From Botryllus schlosseri (Eukaryota): DNA of 64,000 nt. A model generated the notes under the pieces. The model was given only the letters and a program-made list of their open reading frames with translations. It had not been told where the DNA came from and searched no databases. The stretch lies in NCBI GenBank assembly GCA_051294905.1, contig CM119372.1, forward strand, positions 6,202,001 to 6,266,000. The letters are read 5' to 3'. Position numbers and translations under genes: made by a program. Within the stretch, counting starts at the first letter, position 1; each line of letters opens with the position of its first letter. Of the stretch, positions 54,884-64,000 are shown one piece after another.

Positions 54884-55378
54884 GTGCGTCGAGTTACGCT
54901 TTTTACTCTGTAGTCCGGCACGCGTATCATTTGTGGCACCCGAGATGATTTTTCATGACACGCTAAATACTTTGACGTACACGACATAAACCATGTTTGT
55001 TGCAAAACGTGCAACATTAGTTTTCAAAATGGAAAAGGCTCGTACGTTTTTCGAACGTTGATCGGGAAATGCAGCAATCCAGCTCGATTTGCTGTTATAA
55101 TGGGCAAACTACTCAGGACTCCATTGCGTTCAACGTCAAAAATACGCGCTTTCTCGTTTGTAACAATCTGTTACGTGTAACATTTCTTGTCTGCTTCATA
55201 CACTAGTATTCCTGAATTTTCTCGCATCTCGGTATCCGGTAAACTCATTACTCATACGACGCATTTTGCGTCCCGAGATAACGTTGTGATTCGCACCTGC
55301 AACACCAAGGTTGCGGATTTGAGTCCGGCCGCAGTTGACTCCATAACCACACCCCAAGTGTTGGATGTTTATCTAGAG

Positions 55379-56879
55379 CAGAGGTCTCAAACACGCGGCC
55401 CGCCAGAGCATTTTGTGCGGTCCGCGACGGCATTTTGGAATTTCAAGTATTCAACAATATATCCAAGTGCTATAAAACTTTTTTAGATATTAGAACTTAT
55501 AGTTCACCCCAAAACTACTATAAAAATCACTGAAATCTCAACAAACTTCACTATCACATCACTTTCAAAAGCTACCATACGGCAGAAGATCAACTATTAC
55601 GTCACATTTCTAGTTAAAGATGATAAAACATGAACCGTTGATAATTCGTGACTGAAAATTGTGATTTGGTTTGGTGCGATCTTCTCGTGAAATTGCTCGA
55701 TTTCAGATTGACTGGGGGATTAAATAAAAATGACTCGAGTTAAGTCGGGTCAAACGTTAAAATCAGAGAAGGACTTGCGACTCGCAACGATGACTTGGTA
55801 ATCCTACGGACGCAACAATCTATGAAACTGCCATGCGGAATAGTAATATATCAAAAGGTCGTAGCTTGTGTTGCGTTGAGTATATAGCTGTCTGATCAGG
55901 TCAGCATAGCAAGCATTGGCATTCTGTGAACCCCGTGACGTATAGTTGGTTACGTACTGGGTGTTGTTTGTTCTCTTTATTCATGTTATTATCGGTGGCG
56001 AGCAAGGTAGTAGTACGCTCTACAGCTGTCGCACCAATGAATTCATCGCCGATTGGACATTTCTATTCCAGGGGTGCTTAACCAGGTTACGTATACCCCA
56101 CCTGGGTACGAAGCACCCAGCAGGGTGTACGAGATGCATTGTGGAATTTGGCCAATATGCTGTGGAATATTTCCTGGCGCATTTGCTCAACTGGAAAATA
56201 ATTTTCGCGCTACGTGCGATTTTATGTGAATGGACTTTCTGATTTTAATATAGGTACCATCAGAAGTTGTGTTGAAAATGGACAGGGGCTACGAGAAATC
56301 TCATTGGAGGTACAATGGGTACGATCGCTAAAAAGGTTAAGAAGCAATGCTATTAATAGGCTTAATAATGAATATATTCAAGTTCATTGATATATTCCGA
56401 TAATAATCGAAGGCAAAATATGACGCAGTTTTAATTTGACTTTGGCAATGACAGTAACAGTATCACGACTATATCAAAACCAGGATTAGGCTATACCGCT
56501 CAAATGATCTGATATCAGATCAATCTTCAGTGGATTTAAAAATATTCTACATAAAATTGTGGCACGTCAAAGGTCCACCGACAGTTTTACGATGTCATGA
56601 TGCATCCTCTCGCCTGATGTCTTTAACTCATTAATTAAAAAATTATGCCCGGCACAAACACAATTTTATTCAAATACATGAATATGTGATTTTTTCCGTT
56701 TCAGGCGTGAATAATACAATAATAAATTACATTTACACGATGTTTGTGGAATGCCTGTCCCGTCAAATAAGGCTACTTGGAAATATACATTGAATATCCC
56801 TATTATTGAAGCTGCGGCCCGCGTCGTCATCAAAAATTAGGAAATTGGCCCGCGAGCACATTTGAGTTTGAGACCTCTG
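55379..56879. mobile_element. hAT (Charlie-like) element with a nested MITE
   Basis: TIR CAGAGGTCTCAAAC, perfect TSD ATCTAGAG; absent at the paralogous site near 6980. Confidence 0.92.
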
Positions 56880-57621
56880 ATCTAGAGGCTCCTATACTCG
56901 CCATCTCGTCGGTATAAGCGTTGTCTTGAAAAGATGCAAGTGCTACAAGTCGGCAGCTACGGAATCAAAATAAAGAATACGGGCCTGGTGTAAATGGCCA
57001 TCGCATTCGAAAAGCACCACGAACACCACAAACAACAACGGTGTATTGTGCGCTGATTTACGATTTCATTCGATTTGTCATATCTCATGGTGGGTCGCAC
57101 AATAGAAGTTGGATGAAAAGTGGGTCGCGGACTGAAAAAGGTTTGAAAGCACTGATTTAGTCTGTGGGAGTGTTTACTGTGCAGTCGGTGCGAGCGCGAA
57201 TATTTTATGAAGTGGAATGTCAGCGCTATTATATCGTGTATGTCCGTGCATGTCCACGCCAACTACTTTACATTAAGGCCTACATTTCTCAGAGGCGACA
57301 TATACATAGAGTTTTAGCTGCTTTACTTACAGATTAATTCTGTACTCCGCTTTTAGGCTTATCTTTATTCTAAATTACTTGGTACGATGTCCCACCCTGG
57401 CTGCATAGAGGCAAAGTTACTCGGGATTATACATGTGGATTTTCGGTGGCAAAATAACAGTATGACAGTTTCTGTCTTCGGCGACAAATTGAACCATTTC
57501 TGATGTTTTTAAACTGAATCCTTATAACTTATGTAGCAGCAATATCAAATCCATAAATTGCCATGAAATATCACTGGCGCAGCTGGCCAAGTACGACTAT
57601 TGAAATTCAATTTCATTGCAG

Positions 57622-57794
57622 ACACGTCAACGCAAGATATCGCTCTACCAATTATGGGGGCCGTGCTGGCATTCATCCTCATCATTCTACTAGCCCTTCT
57701 CGTCTTTGTGCGGGTCAGAAAGCGCAGGTCGTCAAAGCACGACTTGTCCCACGTCAACATGCATGCTATTGGAGTCCAACCGCCCGCGCATTAA
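57622..57794 (+). CDS. Gene B terminal exon: TM helix and short tail
   Basis: tttcattgcag|AC; (H)TSTQDIALPIMGAVLAFILIILLALLVFVRVRKRRSSKHDLSHVNMHAIGVQPPAH*. Confidence 0.9.
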
Positions 57795-60427
57795 ACCGAT
57801 TTTCGATTCCAAGCCGTCATAGAAATATTCAGGACTCAAGTCAAATTCGATTTTCTTATATAATCATTCCGAATAGAGAACACAGTAACGATGAGACGGA
57901 AAAGTGTCAGTACGTGCTGAACTGTTTGAGTCATTTGACCTGAATCAGATTGATCTGAAAAGCTACCTCATGGACACTTCCTTTATATCTTGATTATTAA
58001 CTTCCGTTATGCACTAGCTGGCGTACAGCCGCCGCAACAACAATGTATTGTACTTTACACCTGCATAATTTATTCCGCCGTACCAAAACGTATTCCCCTA
58101 AATTCGAAACGATGTAGCAAGTTATTCGGCCCAATCTTGAGTCCGCAACCGTAATGAAGATGAGCAATTGAGCATTGAACAATAAAAAACCATGCCCGCG
58201 CATGTGAATGACTACTGAAATTACGACGATGCATACGCACTCGCTTTGTGAGAATCCTTATCGGCTGAAATATATCCTTCCGTAGAAATATATTGATCGG
58301 CATGTTTTATTCAATGTTCCGTTTTTTTCAACTCGCAGTTATGATATATAGTCGACAGACACCCAAGAAAGCCGTATCACATGATTTTGCAGCAGTAAGA
58401 TGTCACATCTCAAATGGACCAGGTACAGATCAAGATATTGTCAAGGCGAGTACATTGCGGTCGGATTGAATCAAGATCTGACTCTGGGCAAAATCGAATA
58501 CTTGATTGATGCGATTCTGAATCGAGTCGAGTATTGACGACGTCACAACGGTATATTTGGACAGTTCAAATATGTGCCTATGATGCGATCACATCGAACG
58601 CGATGCCAGTTAGATAGCGCTACTATATTTTTAGATCAGAAAAGAGGACACTTTTCGAAAATTCTGAAAGCTCCATTGTCGGGAAAGAAAACTGATGATT
58701 TAGGATAAATTTCGACCAGTAGTACTGCGATGATCAAAAAAAGGTCATCTTTCCGACTCGACTGCCCAATATCCGCTTTACTCCATTTCAGCCGTGTTGA
58801 CTAAAAATGGAAGGTCATCACTTTGACTATGGACTTCCACATTGACCACTTTTACGACACTTCTGTGGTGTTGACTAGAAAAAAAGGTGATCTTATCCAT
58901 ATCTACTCCCAAAATACCCGCCGCGCCGTATTTTTCGTTCATTGTCTTGCCAACACCGGCGTTCGCTGACTCGTAGTTCACTTTTTGATCTCATTTTACC
59001 ACTTTTTCTGTAAAATGATGACAAATTTCAAAAAATAGGACATTTAGGAGTCATGCCATGACACTTTCAACTGGTTAAAAAATACGACAATTCCTCTTTA
59101 AAGAGGACATATCGTAACCCTACACTCCAGTTATATCACATCAAGATGTTTGGCTATTTTGCGATCATATAGTTCTTTCCTCTCACTACTTCAGAGAAGG
59201 GGCGTTTCCTTCGCCGTGTGTAGCTTTACATGCGTTGGATGCCCTGATAAAAACAATCCTGCTTTCAAAGCTTTGAAGGTGGGAAGAAAGTATCGAAACT
59301 GCAATTCTCAGTTATAAAATTCACGGTGAGAAGGGGCGTATAATGTCAGTACTCACATTCGAGTACTCAAATTGTTGTGCACAGTCCCCAGCACAGCTAA
59401 CATCATATAATATCTTTATCCACGAGATATTGCGATACTTATGTCTTATGTGTTCACAGCATGCAGTGTTACATTACAAACGACGATCTATGCATTAACA
59501 AATATGAATATTTTATTATAGATGATTAAAAATTATTTTAGTCTTAATCCTGACGAATTATGTTTGAAATTAGAACACCCCGACAGTACAAACGTTGGAA
59601 GTGGACTTCATTTTGTTACGTGTTATAAGAGTGAAGTATGAAATAACGGATTATTACTTGTATTTGAAACAAAAGAATTTTAGGTCAAAAGCAATATTTA
59701 CACAATATGCAACTTAAAACAGATGAAAACATTTGAAAAGTTTGGAACTCATAGTGTGTAACGAAGAACATAAATCATAAGATATGTCATGGCTTACATA
59801 TATAAACGAGAAAAGTTTTACGTAAAGGATATCAAACTAATTAGAAGCATCAATACAGAACCCGGATTGTAAAAGCACTATAATCTGGTGTACTATATTC
59901 GATGACTATAGGGAAAATAGATTTGCTCTATATGGAGTCGAAATTTCGGCACCTCCTTCTCAGTACATAATGAATTATACATAGATTTGTTCGGGAAACT
60001 TTTTTGCTCGAATGTTCATAGCATAGTGCGATGTTGGTTGAACGCATTTCGATGAACTCCTTCCATCTGTGCACTGGTAAAATTTGCCACAACAAGTATT
60101 TCATGTCTAATCAGTGTTGGGATAAAGTCGCTGTAAGGTGCTTATATCCATGGATGAGTAAATTGACAGTCACAAGTCCTTATTTGGAGACTACTGTAGC
60201 GATCAATTAGCATCACTGTCTTGTTTTTCGTTATTCAATGTTAGTACGAGTCCGAGATGTGTCTTTGTGTGCAATATTTTGAGGTGCGAGTCTTCCTCGA
60301 ATTGGCTTAAAGATGACAAATTGACATTTCATCTGGTGCATAAAGATCACCTCGGCACGCGTCGCTTCGTGATGGCTAACGCAGACACCTATCTGCTTTT
60401 TTGACATAGTTCCGATAAATTAGTAAG

Positions 60428-61026
60428 CTACGTTTTATTGCCCTCGCCCTTATCTAAGACGTTTCCCTTAGATTTAGCACCGGCGGTGCTATCTTCGGGA
60501 ATCTCGTCATTATGTTTGAACAGTCGCCTTCGTTTCATACCGAAGTATAGTCCGCATAAAATAAGTCCTACCACAATTTGCGTCGCTAGAGAAATTAAGA
60601 CCACGTGATACCACTGAAGGTAGGGACCAGCGGATTTACACACTACCGGGCTCCCGGTATGTTGCTTCATCCACATAGTCCGCAAGCGTTGGAGTTTTTC
60701 GTGCTGTCGTTCCATGCTTTTTACGTCGATCTCGGCTTCGACTAAGGGCTCGACCTCTTCACTTTTGTCGTTAACTGACGACGCCTTTGACTTGTTTTCT
60801 TCTCTGCCAGCTACAGGGCCATTGGTTTCTGTTCCGTAATGCACGGGAAGGCGTGTAATTGTACGGAACGGTGATTCCGTACTCATCAAGCGTTCTGTGT
60901 GTTCCACAATCGCATTTGATGTAGGACCTCTTGTCGTGGACTTATCAGTCGCAGGCGGCCTTTTCGAGACTTGCGTTGGTTGACTTGTCGATGATGCCAT
61001 CACGTTGACTTTACTGTCCGTATTAT
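60428..61026 (-). CDS. Gene C terminal exon: Ser/Thr-rich stalk, TM helix, cytoplasmic tail
   Basis: cttcag|AT AAT (phase 1); long open frame with TM WYHVVLISLATQIVVGLILCGLYFGM followed by KRRR. Confidence 0.88.
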
Positions 61027-62339
61027 CTGAAGCATAATAGAGTCTTCGATTATTACCTCGTAGTGGCACATGGTAGATGTTCGCGTTGAATGTACTACAC
61101 GTGCTAAATCGAACGGTACCAATTGACACAAAGTACATACAATCATCTGGAAATGAGAGGATTGGTAATATAGTTCAAAATGTGGGCATTGAGCAACCAG
61201 TTCACTAAGCATTATAAATTTGCATCTCAAATGAGGGATATGATTACTATGTATATGGTATACCAGGAGTTCGCAACGTAGCTGATATCGCCCACAGTGG
61301 GCGAAAATAGCAAAGGGGGCCATAGGGAGCGAAAATGATAGAAATGCCAGTGAGATATATTTATTTAACACGGTCAAAATATGCACGTGAAGACGGCTCA
61401 TTCTGTACATGACGCGAAAAAAGGCCAACTCAAAGGAAAGTAGACGCGGAAACCGGGTTTCCGAGCACCTACCGGGAAAAGTGACCCAGATTCTTTTAGT
61501 CAATTCAACAGCGATCAGAGTTAAGTGAATAATTTTCCCATTTATTTGTCCTCTTATTCGGAACCGTAAATTTGGGGGTTGAAAATTTGTGTCGAGCTTG
61601 ATAAGGGGGCGATGAGTCGAAAAGGGTTGGATACCACTGTGGTATACGAATATCGTATCATATCTACAACGAAATATGCGTAGCTGAAGCTATATAGGTG
61701 AATAAACCAAGTTCACTTGACCTATAGGCACGGCAATGTCACAGCTGGCTCAACATCATTTCATTATTCACTTTCAGAGTCTAGTGTTGCAATTCATATG
61801 GTGAGTGGACCATATGCGGTGTATGCGGTACACGTGGAGTCCTATATTTACCACGGAAATCCTATTGTACGATAATTCAGAGTATTCTCATCGTAGAGAA
61901 TTATATCAGAAAGACTCGTAGAATTTCAGGATCTTTTTGCAGCTATATCGTTGAAATATTATATAAGTACTGAAAGAAGTAATCATCGTTGGCACTCGAG
62001 AATAAGTGGAAGAAACGATGTAAACTTCTAAATGCAAGTATCGCTCTAAAAACTAAAGTAAATATTATAAGCTTAGTTTTGCACAAAAACTAAAAACTGT
62101 GAGGAACAAGTTTAATTAGTTTAGCATCAGAATAATTTCTTTACTAACCACCTCTGCATGATTATGCGGAATGTATTCGCCGTAAAGTAAAGGTTCAATA
62201 CCCAGGCTACAAACGAGACCCGCTGGTTTTAATCTCCCCTACGAGATGTGAATTCAATATAGCATCAAAGAGTATCACAGCAACAACGGACATAAATACT
62301 TCACTGAAGCAGGTCTTCGTCGTTCCAAGCCTAGATTAC

Positions 62340-62556
62340 CTGTAGGGGCCACCGTGGACGCGAGATCAGCATAGGTGACCGATTTGGGCGTGGCGTCGTC
62401 GCGATGTACAACGCGGCGCCGTTCTTTCGCTGGCGGTTTGTGGCGTTTGCTCTCGAGACCAATATGGCGAAGTCCCTGCCTTTCCGTAACCGCGACCTCG
62501 TCTATCCCTTCGGTGGATATTTCCTCGACATCAGCTTCTGAATCCACGCGAGGAGC
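62340..62556 (-). CDS. Gene C exon: charged low-complexity linker
   Basis: attcag|GCT...ACA G|gtaatc, 217 nt, phase 0 to 1; joins 61026 in frame. Confidence 0.85.
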
Positions 62557-62910
62557 CTGAATATATTTTAACACGTGAACCATCGCTTCTTCAAAACGTA
62601 CCGTCTTAGCGAGAAGAGCGTGTTTTCACACCTAAAAGGTGGTCCACGAACACATAACCTAATTCAGAATTCGGAAACTGCAGAATTCAGACAAGTCTAT
62701 CGAATATTTCACCTAACTTGTTAGCGACTGATGAACAGCTTCCGTTTTTTGGTTGTTTCAATTTAATGATTGCATGGTTTGAGCCAATCATCATTGTCAA
62801 TCGGCGTTTGTCTTTAATTACAGGTATATATTTCAACCACTACCTTATAGTTATTTCGGTTACCTTGCAAAAGAGACGGTTCCGATTGGTTCAAGGTGTA
62901 AACTGTAAAG

Positions 62911-63596
62911 CAGGGGTCACCGATGCGGCCCGCGAGGTCATATATTGTGGCCCGCACTCCCATTTGAGATTTCGGAAGAACGACAAGTAAAGTATTTAGA
63001 AATGCTGAAATGTTGATGTTGTAAAATAAGCTATATTCGCCTGTGTCCAACATCACCATTCCTCACAGGCTGAAACGACTTCAACGCTGCCAACAGCATT
63101 CCATCGAGGGAGAATTAGCTGATATGAATGGGCAATGGGTATATTGCCTCGAAATTCAATGACCCAGACACTTCCAAGACCAAAACGCTTGCAAAACGGC
63201 TTAGGGCTTTCCCACAGGATCAGGTTTTAGGGGGAGACAGTGTTTCAGCTACAGCAACGTGTCTCGCCAGCCCCAATATTGATTCCTTAGTGCCTAGTCG
63301 ATGAAAAGGTTGACCGGGTATCGTGAGCAGCTCATAGTTAAAAATCAAACGAAAGTGATTATCATGATATTTCTTGTTGTATTTGTACAACTTATACAAA
63401 GTATTGCGTCTTTTGTGGTAACTATTTTGACAGTCGCCAACGTTAGGTAGCACAGCGTTGTACTGGTGTCAAAGTTTTAATAACCGTGGTTGCGTAACTC
63501 CGTGGCATTCTGGTCTCAATATTGCATTCTTGCGGCATGACGCCGCTACGAAATTTGAAAAGTGGCCCGCGACACGTTTTAAGTTGGCGACCCCTG
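62911..63596. mobile_element. hAT MITE in a gene C intron
   Basis: TIR CAGGGGTCRCC, perfect TSD CTGTAAAG. Confidence 0.9.
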
Positions 63597-63797
63597 CTGT
63601 AAAGCATTGTTATAAATCCTACGAACCATCGTGCATCCCACGTGTCTGCGATCATTCGTACTTATTCTAACTTGTCAACTGTCATAGTGTTTGCTTTATC
63701 CCGCAGTATAATTCCGAGGTGCTGTTTTAATGTACCACCTTTTAGCTGTGAATGCACACTAGTCACGCTAATAGCGTACCACTCCGTCTTTAATTAC

Positions 63798-63851
63798 CTC
63801 TTTCTGCTCGTTGGGAAGCTTCATCGGACACGGTTCGTTCACGTGCATGAT
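63798..63851 (-). CDS. Gene C exon: end of Kazal domain
   Basis: cctag|ATC...GAG|gtaatt; IMHVNEPCPMKLPNEQKE; an alternative in-frame donor lies at 63780. Confidence 0.75.
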
Positions 63852-63912
63852 CTAGGCGTAAAATATCAATCAGTGAACATGGATACTCTTAGTCTCAGCG
63901 TTCTGTCCATAC

Positions 63913-64000
63913 GCGGATTTCCGTTTGCGTTAAGCAGCCGTGGATTCTCATCTCGCAAAGGTTTCTGTAAGTCTTGCCGTCCGACCCGCAGAGAGTGACG
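63913..64000 (-). CDS. Gene C exon (partial): Kazal/follistatin-type domain
   Basis: VTLCGSDGKTYRNLCEMRIHGCLTQTEIR|gtatgg, matching the CGSDGxTYxNxC signature; continues beyond the window. Confidence 0.9.

Noticed and set aside
25749..57794. Naming gene B as a selectin, SVEP1, fester or vCRL1
   Set aside because: The domain content and order match none of these, so no gene symbol is assigned.
61000..61503. 167-aa ORF and the 5' extension of ORF 60428-61138
   Set aside because: This is intronic sequence upstream of the acceptor at 61026, with no protein-like features.

Overview
This is intron-rich, transposon-dense animal genomic DNA; a marine invertebrate such as an ascidian is plausible but cannot be shown from the sequence. 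Most ORF-track entries are spurious. By reading splice sites by hand I find four candidate host gene structures. (1) Gene A, + strand: the 3' end of a type I membrane protein gene (Ca-binding EGF exon 4920-5036, TM/cytoplasmic exon 7723-7901). (2) Gene B, + strand, 25749-57794: an apparently complete paralogue with 7 exons joined by phase-1 introns (signal peptide, EGF, sushi, sushi, cbEGF, cbEGF, TM; about 356 aa), plus a dead third sushi exon. (3) Gene C, - strand, 60428 to beyond 64000: a convergent Kazal-domain/stalk/TM gene. (4) A tandemly duplicated orphan exon cassette on the - strand at 11.3-14.5 kb. The remaining sequence holds a decayed Ty3/Gypsy element, a 5.8-kb CMC/EnSpm-type transposon carrying two decayed spliced genes, an inverted pair of THAP-transposon fragments, two tRNA-derived SINEs and many hAT-type MITEs and foldback elements, many with 8-bp target-site duplications (TSDs). 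The most interesting signal is the A/B receptor pair, which shows exon-level duplication, exon death and divergent cytoplasmic tails.
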